From contig PSLI01000003.1 in assembly GCA_040289515.1 (NCBI GenBank), positions 1-64,000 on the forward strand: a stretch of DNA of 64,000 nt, read 5' to 3'. Shown piece by piece: positions 10,059 to 20,199 of this stretch. Each line of letters begins with the position of its first letter. Position 1 is the stretch's first letter. The translations under genes were made by a program, and so were the position numbers. This stretch comes from Candidatus Sysuimicrobiota bacterium (GTDB lineage: Bacteria; Sysuimicrobiota; Sysuimicrobiia; Sysuimicrobiales; Sysuimicrobiaceae). Under the pieces are notes generated by a model. The model saw only the letters and a list, made by a program, of their open reading frames with translations. It ran no database searches and had not been told where the DNA came from.

Positions 10059-10452
10059 AGCCCTCATCCAGGACACCCGTCGGCGCATGGAGGAGCTGGA
10101 GTCCGGCGCCTCCCCGGTACCGGCGCGGCCCCTGCTCCCACGTCCGGAGGACCTGCAGACTCTGCCCCCGCAGGGGGAACCACCCGAGGAGGCGGAGGTG
10201 CGACGTCCGGCCGTACGGGTGCTCCGACCGCAGGCGGAGCCGCAGGAGCCGCCTTGGGCAGAGCTGGCCCGCTACGACCCCCGCCGGGGCGTCTGCCAGG
10301 CGTACTTCGTGAATCGGCGGTGCTGGGAGCTAGCGGACGCCTACTGCAACCACGCCCTGCACGTGTGCATGCTGCGGGCCTGCCCCGTGTACCACCTGCA
10401 CCGGGAGGAACTGGAACAGCGGTACGCCGCCCGCTTCAGGCACCTGTGGTAG
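10021..10452 (+). CDS. Hypothetical ParA partner with a C-terminal Cys-rich (CW-type) domain
   Basis: Overlaps the parA 3' end; LRRGIRALI N-terminus; C-x7-CW-x5-C-x6-C-x4-CPVY. Confidence 0.7.
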   Translation: MSRSREELRRGIRALIQDTRRRMEELESGASPVPARPLLPRPEDLQTLPPQGEPPEEAEVRRPAVRVLRPQAEPQEPPWAELARYDPRRGVCQAYFVNRRCWELADAYCNHALHVCMLRACPVYHLHREELEQRYAARFRHLW

Positions 10453-11722
10453 CAGGCAGCTCCGCCACGTGGCGGAAGCGCCTGAAGAACTCCTCCGGGC
10501 TGGTCCGGGCGGCCTCCGCCAGGCGCTGCAGCTGCTCCGGATCTTCCAAGTCCTGCCTTTCGAGGCGGATCATGTACTTGCGGGCCACCCGGTAGCTGGT
10601 GGAGTTCACGTCCACCAGGCGGGTGCGGGGCCGTCCGGTGTGCGGATCCAGCAACTCCCGGAAGTCCAAAAAGCGCAGCCGACCCGCCTCCAGGCACACG
10701 AGGGCTCCGGGGCCCGGGTGGTCGCCCAGCAGGTACTCCACCGCTCCGTAGCCCAGGTCGCGTACGTACTCCGAGTCCGAGGCCACGGGGGGCGCGCAGC
10801 GCAGCTCGTAACCCAGACTCTTGTGCACGATGGTCAGAGGGTCCCCCCGCTGGGCGAACCGGGATTCCACCATGGTCTTGAGGATGTACGCCAGGTCCAG
10901 TTCCGCCAGCCGAATGTGGCCGTAGGGGTCCCGTACGATGCGCACCCCCTCCAGGGCTGCCAGCTCCTCTTCGGGGACCCGCTCCAGGATTCCCTCCGCG
11001 ATCACGGCCACCCCGTCCTGCCGGCCCATGACCCGGCGCTTCAGCATGGACCCCTCCAGCACGTCACACACCGTCTGCAGGGACACCCGAGACCCGAACT
11101 CCTCCGGGATCACCACCACCGTGGCGCCCGCAGCCTTGCCGATCCCCAGGGCCAGGTGGCCCGCGGACCGCCCCATCACCGCCACGAAATACCAGCGGTT
11201 CATGCTGCGGGAGTCCTCCATGATGTTCTGGAGGAGCTGGAAGCCCAGGTGCCGGGCCGTGTGGAAGCCGAAGGTGGGCGCCCCGCCCGGCAGGGGCAGG
11301 TCGTTGTCGATGGTCTTGGGGACGTGGGCGAACCGTACAGCACCCCCGGCCCGCTCGGCCACCCGGCCCGCGGCAAAGGCGGTGTCGTCACCCCCGATGG
11401 TCACCAGATAACCGATGCCCAGGGCCTGCAGGTTGCGCACCACGCGGTCCAGGTCCTCGGGCCTGCCGGTGGGGTTGGCCCGGGAGGTCCGCAACACCGA
11501 GCCCCCGTCGAAGTGGATGCGGGACACGTCTTCGATGTGCAGCTCCCGCACCAGCCCCGCCTCCCGGAGGGTGCCTGCTTCGTGTTGCATCAGCCCCTGC
11601 CAGCCGTCGTAGATCCCCCACACGCGCAGGCCCCGGTTGCGGGCCTCGATGGTCACCGCGCTGATGACCCCGTTGATGCCCGGCGCGGGTCCCCCGCCTA
11701 CCAGGATCCCGAGATCCTTCAT
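10436..11722 (-). CDS. pfp: Pyrophosphate-dependent 6-phosphofructokinase
   Basis: GGGPAPGING, TIGGDDT (Asp) and PKTIDNDL (Lys), the PPi-type signature; MGRSAG; LGYELRC. Confidence 0.92.
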   Translation of the reverse strand: MKDLGILVGGGPAPGINGVISAVTIEARNRGLRVWGIYDGWQGLMQHEAGTLREAGLVRELHIEDVSRIHFDGGSVLRTSRANPTGRPEDLDRVVRNLQALGIGYLVTIGGDDTAFAAGRVAERAGGAVRFAHVPKTIDNDLPLPGGAPTFGFHTARHLGFQLLQNIMEDSRSMNRWYFVAVMGRSAGHLALGIGKAAGATVVVIPEEFGSRVSLQTVCDVLEGSMLKRRVMGRQDGVAVIAEGILERVPEEELAALEGVRIVRDPYGHIRLAELDLAYILKTMVESRFAQRGDPLTIVHKSLGYELRCAPPVASDSEYVRDLGYGAVEYLLGDHPGPGALVCLEAGRLRFLDFRELLDPHTGRPRTRLVDVNSTSYRVARKYMIRLERQDLEDPEQLQRLAEAARTSPEEFFRRFRHVAELPATTGA

Positions 11723-11789
11723 GGGACACCTCCGCATGCGGAAGCCTACAGGGAGTAGGGTAGCAAAGGGCGGCCGGCGGGGCCCGCTC

Positions 11790-11819
11790 TTGCACCCCCG
11801 CCGGGGCTGGGTGTATACT
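11790..11819 (+). promoter_or_regulatory. sigma70-type promoter of the rimP-nusA operon
   Basis: TTGCAC-18 bp-TATACT. Confidence 0.65.
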
Positions 11820-11864
11820 GGCGCAGCGGGGCCGAAAGGCCCATTTTTGCTGAACCTGCCGCGC

Positions 11865-11897
11865 AGGAGTGGGTGGACGGCCCACTCCTTCGTTTTG
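11865..11897 (+). promoter_or_regulatory. rimP leader hairpin/attenuator
   Basis: AGGAGTGGG-7 nt-CCCACTCCT followed by TCGTTTT; the GAGTGGG/CCCACTC stem is commonly seen upstream of rimP. Confidence 0.7.
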
Positions 11898-11921
11898 CGG
11901 GTGGGTCGTGGGAGCGGGGCG

Positions 11922-12422
11922 GTGCGACGAGAGGACGTGGCCCGGCGGGTTCACCAGCTGGCGCTGGCCATCACGGATCGGCTGGGCCTGGAGCTGGTGG
12001 GCGTGGAGGTCACCGGGGAGGGTGTGCGGACCGTGGTCCGGGTGCTGGTGGACCGCGAGGGCGGGATCGACGTGGAGGAGTGCGCGCGGGTCAGCGAGAT
12101 GCTGTCCCGCCAGCTGGACCTGGAAGATCCCCTCCAGCACCGCTACACCCTGGAGGTGGCCTCCCCGGGCCTGGACCGACCCCTGCGCGGGGTTGGGGAC
12201 TTTGACCGGTTCGCGGGCCGGCTGGCAGAGGTGGTTACCAGCCAGCCCGTGGAGGGCCAACGGCGGTTCGTGGGCCGCCTGGGCGGGATCGTGGGCGGCC
12301 GGGTGGTTTTGCACCTGCCCGACGGACGGGACCTGCAGGTGCCCTTGGGGGAGGTGGCGGAGGCGCGGTTGCGGGTGGACCCGGAGGAGATCCTCCGGGA
12401 CCTGAAGCGGAAGCGGCGTTGA
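11922..12422 (+). CDS. rimP: Ribosome maturation factor RimP
   Basis: GIDVEECARVS, YTLEVASPGLDRPL. Confidence 0.95.
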   Translation: MRREDVARRVHQLALAITDRLGLELVGVEVTGEGVRTVVRVLVDREGGIDVEECARVSEMLSRQLDLEDPLQHRYTLEVASPGLDRPLRGVGDFDRFAGRLAEVVTSQPVEGQRRFVGRLGGIVGGRVVLHLPDGRDLQVPLGEVAEARLRVDPEEILRDLKRKRR

Positions 12423-12438
12423 GCGAAGGGGTGGACGT

Positions 12439-13605
12439 ATGAACGGCGAGCTGATCCGGGCGCTGGAGCAACTGGAGGAAGAGCGCGGGATCTCGAAGGC
12501 GGTGCTCCTGGAGGCGGTGGAGTCCGCGTTGGTGTCCGCCTACAAGAAGAACTTCGGCGGCACCGGGCAAAACGTGCGCGTGGAGGTGGACCCCAAGACC
12601 GGGGAGATCCGGGTGTTCAGCGTGAAGACGGTGGTGGAGAAGGTACAGGACCCCGCTACGGAGCTGTCGCTGGAGGAGATGCGCAAGGAAGACCCCACCG
12701 CGGAGGTGGGGGACGTGGTGGAGGAGGAGATCACACCCCGGGACTTCGGCCGCATCGCGGCCCAGGCCGCCAAGCAGGTGGTGGTGCAGCGGATCCGCGA
12801 GGCTGAGCGGGAGATGATTAAGCGGGAGTTCGAGGAGCGCGAAAAGCAGGTGGTCACGGGTATCGTGCACCGGGTGGAGAAGGGCAACGTGTACGTAGAC
12901 CTGGGTCGCATCGAGGGGGTGTTGAGCAAGACGGAGCAGATCCCCCGGGAGTCCTACCGGCAGGGGGAACGCATCAAGGTGTACGTCATGGAGGTGCGGG
13001 ACACCCCCCGGGGGCCGCAGATCCACGTGTCCCGGGCGCACCCGGGCCTGGTGCGGGCGCTTTTCGAGCAGGAGGTGCCGGAGATCCGGGAGGGCATCGT
13101 GGTGATCCAAAACGTGGCCCGGGAGCCCGGAGCCCGAACCAAGATCGCGGTGTACTCCCGAGACCGGAACGTGGACCCGGTGGGGGCCTGCGTGGGCCCC
13201 AAGGGCTCCCGGGTGCAGGCGGTGGTGGATGAGCTGCGGGGGGAGAAGGTGGACATCGTGCCGTGGAGCCCGGACCCCGCCCAGTTCGTGGCTGCGGCCC
13301 TCCAGCCTGCCAAGGTGGTGCGGGTGGAGATCGACGAGGACACCAAGACCGCTCGGGTCATCGTCCCGGACAACCAGCTGTCCTTGGCCATCGGCCGGGA
13401 GGGGCAGAACGCCCGGCTGGCAGCCAAGCTTACGGGCTGGCGCATCGACATCAAGAGCGAGAGCCAGGTGCGGGAGCAGGAGGCGGCGAAGCTGTTCGTG
13501 GATCTGTCGCCGGAGGAGCTGGCGCAGTACCAACACCCGGCGGGGGACGGTGGAGGCCAGCCCGCGGAGGTGCCCGGGGGCTCCTCGCAGACCGCGCAGG
13601 GCTGA
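12439..13605 (+). CDS. nusA: Transcription termination factor NusA
   Basis: FGRIAAQAAKQV, REPGARTKIAV, AIGREGQNARLAAKLTGW. Confidence 0.98.
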   Translation: MNGELIRALEQLEEERGISKAVLLEAVESALVSAYKKNFGGTGQNVRVEVDPKTGEIRVFSVKTVVEKVQDPATELSLEEMRKEDPTAEVGDVVEEEITPRDFGRIAAQAAKQVVVQRIREAEREMIKREFEEREKQVVTGIVHRVEKGNVYVDLGRIEGVLSKTEQIPRESYRQGERIKVYVMEVRDTPRGPQIHVSRAHPGLVRALFEQEVPEIREGIVVIQNVAREPGARTKIAVYSRDRNVDPVGACVGPKGSRVQAVVDELRGEKVDIVPWSPDPAQFVAAALQPAKVVRVEIDEDTKTARVIVPDNQLSLAIGREGQNARLAAKLTGWRIDIKSESQVREQEAAKLFVDLSPEELAQYQHPAGDGGGQPAEVPGGSSQTAQG

Positions 13606-13617
13606 GGAGGAAGGCCG

Positions 13618-13920
13618 GTGCCCAAAACCCGCAAGATCCCCATGCGCATGTGCGTGGGCTGCGGGGCCATGCGGCCCAAGACGGAGATGGTGCGGGTGGT
13701 GCGGACCCCGCAGGGGGAGGTCAAGGTGGACACCACCCGGAGCGCGAAGATGAGCGGCCGCGGGGCGTACGTGGAGCCCAAGGAGGAATGCCTGCAGGCG
13801 GCCCGCAAGGGGCGCAAGCTAGACCGCGCCTTGGAGTGCGAGGTGCCGGAGGCCGTGCTGGCGGAGCTGGAGCAGGAAATCCGGCGCAGGGCCGCAGCTC
13901 TGCAGGGTGCCGGCGGCTAG
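13618..13920 (+). CDS. ylxR: YlxR/RnpM family RNA-binding protein
   Basis: [14 protein letters not shown]; conserved position after nusA. Confidence 0.93.
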   Translation: MPKTRKIPMRMCVGCGAMRPKTEMVRVVRTPQGEVKVDTTRSAKMSGRGAYVEPKEECLQAARKGRKLDRALECEVPEAVLAELEQEIRRRAAALQGAGG

Positions 13921-13938
13921 CGGGAGCCGGAGGCGCGC

Positions 13939-16332
13939 ATGCGACTGTACGAGCTGGCAAAAGCGCTGGGGGTCAGCACCAAGGAGGCCGCGGACCGGTT
14001 GAGCGCGCTGGGCCACGAGGTGAAGGCGAACCCGCAGGCCGCAGTACCCGAGGCGGCCCTGCGCGCCCTGCAGGTGCAGCATCCGGACTTGCAGCGGACC
14101 GTGTCGGGAGCCTCCCCGGCCAAGGCCCCACCAAAGGCCAAAAAGGCGCCCCCGCCTCCCCCTGAGCCGACGGGCCCCAAGCGCCGCATCATCAAGCGCG
14201 CGGAGGAGGTGGCCCGGGAGCGGGAGGAGCAGGAGCGCTTGGCCGCGGAGGCCGCCCGCCGCGCGGCGGAGGAAGCCGCGCGCCTAGCGGCCGAACAGGT
14301 GCGTCTGGCCCCGGCACCAGCTCCGGCTGCACCCCCTGAGCCCGCCCCGGCCGCAACTCCCGAAGCTCCCGCACCACCCCCGGAGCCAGCCAGGCCCTCC
14401 AGCGTACCCCTGCCTGAGCGGCACGCGGAGCCGGCGGTGACCATCTCCCCGGAGGTGCTGCGCAAGGTCAGCCAACCCAGGCCGGAGGTGCGCAAGCCGC
14501 CCCCGCCTCCCCCTTCCCTGCGCCAGGTGCGCAGGCCCCCTCCACCCCCACCCGCGCCCCGGGTGAAGCCGCAGCTGCCCGAAGCGCCGGCACCACCGCC
14601 CATGGTGGCCTCCGAGGTCCACCTGGAAGGATCTCTGACCGTAGGGGAGCTGGCCCAGCGCCTGGGCGTGTCCGCCGCGGAGGTGGTCAAGCGCCTGATC
14701 GCGGTGGGCGTTTTGGCGGGCGTGAACCAGCAGATCCCCCTGGAGACCGCAAAGGCGGTGGCTGAGGCCATGGGCGCCCGCGTGGTTACCGAGACACCGA
14801 AGGCGCCCACCCCAGCACAACGGCTACAGGTGGCCAGGGAGGGCGAGGTGCGGCCACCGGTGGTCACCGTGCTGGGACACGTGGACCACGGCAAGACCAC
14901 CCTGCTGGACACCATCCGGCACACCAACGTGGCCGCGGGGGAGTTTGGCGGCATCACCCAGCACATCGGCGCCTACCAGGTGGAGCGGGGCGGCCGACGC
15001 ATCACCTTCATCGACACCCCCGGCCACGAGGCCTTCACCGCCCTGCGGGCCCGCGGCGCACAGGTGACGGACATCGCGGTGTTGGTGGTGGCCGCGGACG
15101 ACGGGGTGATGCCCCAGACGGTGGAGGCCATCAACCACGCCAGGGCTGCGGGCGTTCCCATCGTGGTGGCCATCAACAAGGTGGACCTGCCGCGGGCCAA
15201 CCCCGAGAAGGTCAAGCAGCAGCTGGCGGAGCTGGGCCTGGTGCCGGAGGAGTGGGGCGGGGAGGTGGTCATGGTCCCGGTGTCCGCCCGCACGGGCCAG
15301 GGCATCGACGATCTGCTGGAGATGATCCTTTTGGTGGCGGAGCTGCAGGACCTGCGGGCCGACCTTCACAAGCCCGCCCGGGGCACGGTGCTGGAAGCCA
15401 AGCTGGACCGCGGCCGCGGGCCCGTGGCCACGGTGCTGGTGCAGGAGGGCATCCTCCGGGTGGGCGATGCGGTGGTGGTGGGCGAGGTGTACGGCAAGGT
15501 CCGCGCCATGACCGACGACCGGGGCCAGCGCCTGCAGAAGGCAGGCCCCTCCACCCCCGTGGAGGTGGAGGGGCTGTCGGACGTACCCACCGCGGGCGAC
15601 CCACTGGAGGTGGTGGCGGACGAACGGCGGGCCAAGGCCATCGCGGAGGAGCGGCGCGAGCGGCGACGCGCTGCGGAGCTGCCGCAGCGCAAGGGCAGCG
15701 TGGAGGAGCTGGTGGAGGTCCGGGAGCTGCGCCTCGTGGTCAAGGCGGATGTCCACGGATCCCTGGAGGCCATCACGGGAGCCCTGCAGCGGCTGCAGAC
15801 GGAGGAGGTCAAGATCAACGTGCTGCACGCGGCCGTGGGCGCGGTCACGGAGTCGGACGTGATGCTGGCCGCGGCCAGCCGGGCGGTGGTCCTGGGCTTC
15901 AACGTGCGCCCCGACCCTCCGGCCCGAAAGCTGGCTGAGCAGGAGGGCGTGGACGTGCGCCTGCACCGCATCATCTACGAGGCCCTGGACGACGTGCAGG
16001 CCCTGGTCAGAGGCCTGGTGGCCCCCAAGGTCACGGAGGTGGTGCTGGGCCGCGCGGAGGTTCGGCGCATCTTCCACATCTCCCGCGTGGGCACCGTGGC
16101 GGGCTGCTACGTGGTGGAAGGCCGGATCCCGCGGTCCGGCTCGGTGCGCCTCCTTCGGGACGGAACGGTGGTGTACGAGGGGCGGCTGGCCTCCCTGCGG
16201 CGGTTCAAGGAGGACGTGCGGGAGGTGGCCGCGGGGTTTGAGTGCGGCATGGTGCTGGAGAACTTCCAGGACATCAAGGAAGGGGACGTGATCGAGGCGT
16301 ACGCCCTGCAGGAGCAGCCGGCCTCCGGTTGA
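13939..16332 (+). CDS. infB: Translation initiation factor IF-2 (Pro-rich N-terminal linker)
   Basis: [30 protein letters not shown]. Confidence 0.98.
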   Translation: MRLYELAKALGVSTKEAADRLSALGHEVKANPQAAVPEAALRALQVQHPDLQRTVSGASPAKAPPKAKKAPPPPPEPTGPKRRIIKRAEEVAREREEQERLAAEAARRAAEEAARLAAEQVRLAPAPAPAAPPEPAPAATPEAPAPPPEPARPSSVPLPERHAEPAVTISPEVLRKVSQPRPEVRKPPPPPPSLRQVRRPPPPPPAPRVKPQLPEAPAPPPMVASEVHLEGSLTVGELAQRLGVSAAEVVKRLIAVGVLAGVNQQIPLETAKAVAEAMGARVVTETPKAPTPAQRLQVAREGEVRPPVVTVLGHVDHGKTTLLDTIRHTNVAAGEFGGITQHIGAYQVERGGRRITFIDTPGHEAFTALRARGAQVTDIAVLVVAADDGVMPQTVEAINHARAAGVPIVVAINKVDLPRANPEKVKQQLAELGLVPEEWGGEVVMVPVSARTGQGIDDLLEMILLVAELQDLRADLHKPARGTVLEAKLDRGRGPVATVLVQEGILRVGDAVVVGEVYGKVRAMTDDRGQRLQKAGPSTPVEVEGLSDVPTAGDPLEVVADERRAKAIAEERRERRRAAELPQRKGSVEELVEVRELRLVVKADVHGSLEAITGALQRLQTEEVKINVLHAAVGAVTESDVMLAAASRAVVLGFNVRPDPPARKLAEQEGVDVRLHRIIYEALDDVQALVRGLVAPKVTEVVLGRAEVRRIFHISRVGTVAGCYVVEGRIPRSGSVRLLRDGTVVYEGRLASLRRFKEDVREVAAGFECGMVLENFQDIKEGDVIEAYALQEQPASG

Positions 16333-16387
16333 GGTGGGGCGCATCCTGGCGTGGGGCGTGCGCGGTCCCCCCCGGAGGGGCTCGGCC

Positions 16388-16669
16388 ATGGTGGTGGGGA
16401 CGCTGCGGGTTACCCTCAGCCTCGACGGCGCACAGAGCCTCAAGGAGAAACGCAGGATCGTCCAGAGCCTGGTCCGGCGGCTGCACAACGAGTTCCCGGT
16501 GTCCGTGTCCGAGGTGGCCGACCACGACGTGTGGACCCGCGCCACCCTGGGCGTGGCGTGTGTGACGAACGACGGGCGCCACGCGGACCGGGTCCTGGCC
16601 CAGGTGGTGCGCTACCTGGAGCGGGAGCGGGAGGCATACCTGGTGGACTATGAGGTGGAGATCCGCTGA
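16388..16669 (+). CDS. ylxP: DUF503/YlxP family protein
   Basis: SLKEKRRIVQSL, VSVSEV; located between infB and rbfA. Confidence 0.9.
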   Translation: MVVGTLRVTLSLDGAQSLKEKRRIVQSLVRRLHNEFPVSVSEVADHDVWTRATLGVACVTNDGRHADRVLAQVVRYLEREREAYLVDYEVEIR

Positions 16670-16710
16670 GGGGCCTGCTACCGGCCCCCGGCACGAGGAC
16701 GGTGGTCACC

Positions 16711-17091
16711 ATGGCGTCGCCGCAGCGGGTGCAGAAACTCCGGGAGTTCATCCGGGAGGAGGTGAGCGACATCCTGCACCGCGGGGCCAAGGATCCGCGC
16801 ATCGGGTTCGTCTCCGTGACGGACGTGGAGCTCAGCAGCGACCTGCGGCACGCGAAGGTGTACGTGAGCGTGCTGGGCTCCGAGGAAGAACGGGCCAGGA
16901 CCATGGAGGCCCTGCAGCACGCCACGGGCTTCGTGCGCACGGAGCTAGCGAAGCGGATGCGCACCTACCACACCCCCGAGATCCAGTTCCGCCTGGACAC
17001 CTCCATCGAGCGGGGCACCCGGGTGCTCCAGCTGTTGCGCCAGATCAGCACGTCGCAGGGAGGAGGGCAGGGTGAGGGCAGCGGTGGCTAG
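16711..17091 (+). CDS. rbfA: Ribosome-binding factor A
   Basis: KDPRIGFVSVTDVELSSDLRHAKVY, TPEIQF. Confidence 0.97.
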   Translation: MASPQRVQKLREFIREEVSDILHRGAKDPRIGFVSVTDVELSSDLRHAKVYVSVLGSEEERARTMEALQHATGFVRTELAKRMRTYHTPEIQFRLDTSIERGTRVLQLLRQISTSQGGGQGEGSGG

Positions 17092-18043
17092 CGCCCTGCG
17101 GCTAGCCCGCCGGGTTCTGGTGGCCGGCCATGAGAGCCCGGACGGAGACTGCCTGGGAGGGAGCCTGGCCCTGGGTCTGGCGCTCGAGCGCATGGGCAAG
17201 AAGGTGGTGGTGGCAAGCACCGACGGCGTGCCCTCCACGTACCGGTTCCTCCCGGGCTGGGAGCGGGTCACGGACCGTGTGGAAGGACTCGGGACCTTCG
17301 ACGTGGGCGTGGCGTTAGAATGCGCGGACCTGGAGCGGGCGGGCCGGTTCGCCCCCCTGCTGGCTGCCTGCCCGGTGCTGGTGAACCTGGATCACCACCG
17401 GGACAACACCGGCTACGGGCAGCTGGTCTGGCAGGAGCCGGAAGCAGCGTCCGTGTGCGAGATGGTGTACGGGCTGCTGGTGGAGCTGGGCGCGCAGGTG
17501 GACGAACCGGTGGCCACGTGCCTGATGACGGGGCTGGTGACCGACACGGGGTCCTTCCGCTACAGCTCCGTGCGCCCGGAGACCTTCGAGCTGGCCGCGG
17601 AGCTGCTCCGCCGCGGCGCCCGGCCGGACCGCATCTACGAGCGGGTGTACGAGGCCCGGCCCGCCCCGGCTTTGCGCTTGCTGGGGTTGGCCCTGTGGCG
17701 CCTGCAGCTGTCTTCGGACGGCCAGGTCGCCTGGACTGTGGTGGACCAAGCCATGCTGGATCAGGCGGGCGCCCGGTGGGAGGACACGGAGAACATCGTG
17801 GAGACCCTGCGTTCCATCGAGGGCGTCCGGCTGGCGCTGCTGTTCAAGGTGGAGCCCTCGCGGGTGAAGGTGAGCCTGCGGGCCCGGGACGGGGCCCGGG
17901 CCAACGCGGTAGCGGTGCGGTTCGGGGGTGGAGGCCACCTGGGTGCGGCGGGGTTCGTGGTGCAGGGGCCGCTGGAGGACGTCGTGCGGCAGGCGCTGCA
18001 GGCGGCCTCCGCGGAGGTGCACAGCGCCCCCGCCGGAGGGTAG
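17072..18043 (+). CDS. nrnA: DHH family oligoribonuclease/PAP phosphatase NrnA
   Basis: HESPDGD, LDHH, TDTGSF, GGGGHLGAAG. Confidence 0.93.
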   Translation: MRAAVASALRLARRVLVAGHESPDGDCLGGSLALGLALERMGKKVVVASTDGVPSTYRFLPGWERVTDRVEGLGTFDVGVALECADLERAGRFAPLLAACPVLVNLDHHRDNTGYGQLVWQEPEAASVCEMVYGLLVELGAQVDEPVATCLMTGLVTDTGSFRYSSVRPETFELAAELLRRGARPDRIYERVYEARPAPALRLLGLALWRLQLSSDGQVAWTVVDQAMLDQAGARWEDTENIVETLRSIEGVRLALLFKVEPSRVKVSLRARDGARANAVAVRFGGGGHLGAAGFVVQGPLEDVVRQALQAASAEVHSAPAGG

Positions 18044-18044
18044 T

Positions 18045-18947
18045 GTGGACGGCGTCATCAACCTCCTCAAACCGCCCGGGATGACGTCCCACGACTGTGT
18101 GGACGCTGTGCGTCGCATCCTGCGCACGCGCCGGGTGGGCCACACGGGCACCCTGGACCCCGGGGCCGCGGGCGTGCTGGTCCTGTGCGTGGGGGCTGCC
18201 ACCCGGCTCAGCGAGTTCCTCATGGAGGCTGACAAGAGCTACCGGGTGGAGCTGATGCTGGGGGTGAGTACCCACACGGGCGACGGGTACGGCGAGGTCC
18301 TGGAGCGGCGCGAGCCGGAGCGGGACTGCGCCCGGATCCAGGAGGTGCTGCAGGGCTTCGTGGGCCGCATCCAGCAGACACCCCCCATGGTGTCCGCGGT
18401 GCACCACGAGGGCCGCCGGCTGTACGAGCTGGCCCGCAGGGGGGTGGAGGTCCCGCGCCCGCCCCGGGAGGTCACGGTGTACGAGCTGAGGATCCTGCGC
18501 TGCGACCCGCCGCGGGTGCTGTTGGACATCACGTGCTCCAAGGGGACCTACGTGCGGCAGCTGTGCCACGATGTGGGCGAGAAGCTGGGCTGCGGGGCCC
18601 ACGCGAGCTTCATGGTCCGCACCCGGGTGGGTGCGTACACCCTGCAGGAGAGCGTCACCTTGGAGGAGCTGCAGGAGGAGGTCGCCTCCGGCCACCTGGA
18701 ACGGGTGCTGACCCCGGGCGTGGAGGCACTTCCGGGCGTGCCGGACGTGGAGGTCACGGGCACCCTGCGGGCCGCCATCGTGCACGGCCAGGCGGTGCCC
18801 CTGTGGAAGGTAGCCCCACACCTGCAGGTACCTCCCCGGTCCCTGGTAAAGGTGCTGGACGAGGAGGGGCGGCTGCTGGCCCTTGGCCGCGCGGAGGGCG
18901 GCAAATTGCGGCCCCTGAAGGTGTTCCGCTCGCGGGCCTCCTCATGA
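18045..18947 (+). CDS. truB: tRNA pseudouridine(55) synthase
   Basis: KPPGMTSHD, GHTGTLDP, CSKGTYVR. Confidence 0.97.
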   Translation: MDGVINLLKPPGMTSHDCVDAVRRILRTRRVGHTGTLDPGAAGVLVLCVGAATRLSEFLMEADKSYRVELMLGVSTHTGDGYGEVLERREPERDCARIQEVLQGFVGRIQQTPPMVSAVHHEGRRLYELARRGVEVPRPPREVTVYELRILRCDPPRVLLDITCSKGTYVRQLCHDVGEKLGCGAHASFMVRTRVGAYTLQESVTLEELQEEVASGHLERVLTPGVEALPGVPDVEVTGTLRAAIVHGQAVPLWKVAPHLQVPPRSLVKVLDEEGRLLALGRAEGGKLRPLKVFRSRASS

Positions 18948-19828
18948 AGGTTTACCGCCGGCTGGACGAAGTCCCCCCGCACCCCGCGGGAAGCTGTGTG
19001 GCCCTGGGGGTGTTCGACGGCGTGCACCTGGGGCACCGGGCGGTGCTCCGGCTGGCGGCGGAGCAGGCTGCGAAAACGGGCTGGCGCAGCGTGGCGCTCA
19101 CCTTCGACCCGCACCCGCAGCAGGTGGTAACCCGCGCGCCGGAGCCCTTGTTAATCTTGCCTCTGGAGGAGCGGCTGCGGCGCATGGCCACCCTGGGGCT
19201 AGACGCGGCCCTGGTGCTGCACTTTGACGATCAGGTGAGGAGGACCGAGCCGGAAGCGTTCGTGCGGGCGGTCCTGCGAGAGGGGCTGCGGGCACGCGCG
19301 GTGGTGTGCGGGCCGGACTTCCGATTTGGCCGGGACCGAAGGGGAGATGCGGACCTGCTGCGGCATCTGGGGGACCAGCTGGGGTTCGCCGTGGAGGTGT
19401 GCCCGCCCGTGGAGGTTGGGGGTGAACGGGTGAGCAGCTCCCGCATCCGGGCTCTCCTGCGGGAGGGTCGCATGGAGGAGGCCTGCGACCTACTGGGCCA
19501 CCGGGAGGCCGTGGTGTGCGCGCTGCACGCAGGGCGGGTGATGCTGGACGAGGCGGGCCGGCTGCCGAAGGAGCCGGTGCTGCCGGGTGAGCTGACCGAG
19601 CAGGCCGTCTGGCGGGCCGTCTCACCGTGGGGGCTTCGCCCGGACGGATGGTACGCACAGCTCCTGGCGAGCCTGCGGGTGCCCGAGACCCTGGAGGTGT
19701 GGGCGGTGTATCGGGTGGCGGCGCGATCCAACCCGTCCCCCACGGCGGGCCAGTGGGAGCGTGTGGAAGCGGTGCAGCTGGAAGCCCCGTTCCGCCGTGC
19801 CCTGGAACTGGTGCTGGCGGGTGCGTAG
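18944..19828 (+). CDS. ribF: FMN adenylyltransferase (RibF N-domain) with a non-kinase, NUDIX-like C-terminal domain
   Basis: GVFDGVHLGH, TFDPHP, GPDFRFG and VSSSRIR present; riboflavin kinase motifs (GRxxGFPTAN, ExH) absent. Confidence 0.8.
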   Translation: MKVYRRLDEVPPHPAGSCVALGVFDGVHLGHRAVLRLAAEQAAKTGWRSVALTFDPHPQQVVTRAPEPLLILPLEERLRRMATLGLDAALVLHFDDQVRRTEPEAFVRAVLREGLRARAVVCGPDFRFGRDRRGDADLLRHLGDQLGFAVEVCPPVEVGGERVSSSRIRALLREGRMEEACDLLGHREAVVCALHAGRVMLDEAGRLPKEPVLPGELTEQAVWRAVSPWGLRPDGWYAQLLASLRVPETLEVWAVYRVAARSNPSPTAGQWERVEAVQLEAPFRRALELVLAGA

Positions 19829-19834
19829 GGAAGT

Positions 19835-19863
19835 TTGCCCGCGCCGAACGGGCGTGCTACCAT
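19835..19863 (+). promoter_or_regulatory. sigma70-type promoter of rpsO
   Basis: TTGCCC-17 bp-TACCAT, followed by a GC-rich leader hairpin. Confidence 0.55.
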
Positions 19864-19924
19864 CGGGTTGAGCCTGGCCGGGGGTCCCTCGGCCCGGCGA
19901 CTTTTTCGTGTTCGGAGGAAGACG

Positions 19925-20194
19925 GTGGCGCTCACCAAAGAGGCCAAGCAGCAGCGGATCGCGCAGTTCCAGCGGTCGCCGGTTGACACGGGGTCGGCGG
20001 AGGTGCAGATCGCCCTGCTCACGGACCGCATCAACAGCCTGTCCGAGCACCTCAAGGTGCACCGGAAGGACCTGCACTCGCAGCGGGGGCTGATGAAGAT
20101 GGTGGGCCAGCGACGCCGGCTGCTGCGGTACCTGCAGCGGGAGGACCCACAGCGCTACCGGGAGGTCGTGGAGCGGCTGGGACTTCGCAAGTGA
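19925..20194 (+). CDS. rpsO: 30S ribosomal protein S15
   Basis: [35 protein letters not shown]. Confidence 0.98.
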   Translation: MALTKEAKQQRIAQFQRSPVDTGSAEVQIALLTDRINSLSEHLKVHRKDLHSQRGLMKMVGQRRRLLRYLQREDPQRYREVVERLGLRK

Positions 20195-20199
20195 ATTCG

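Noticed and set aside
14150..14600. Pro/Ala-rich repetitive segment
   Set aside because: Ordinary low-complexity linker of IF-2, not a repeat element
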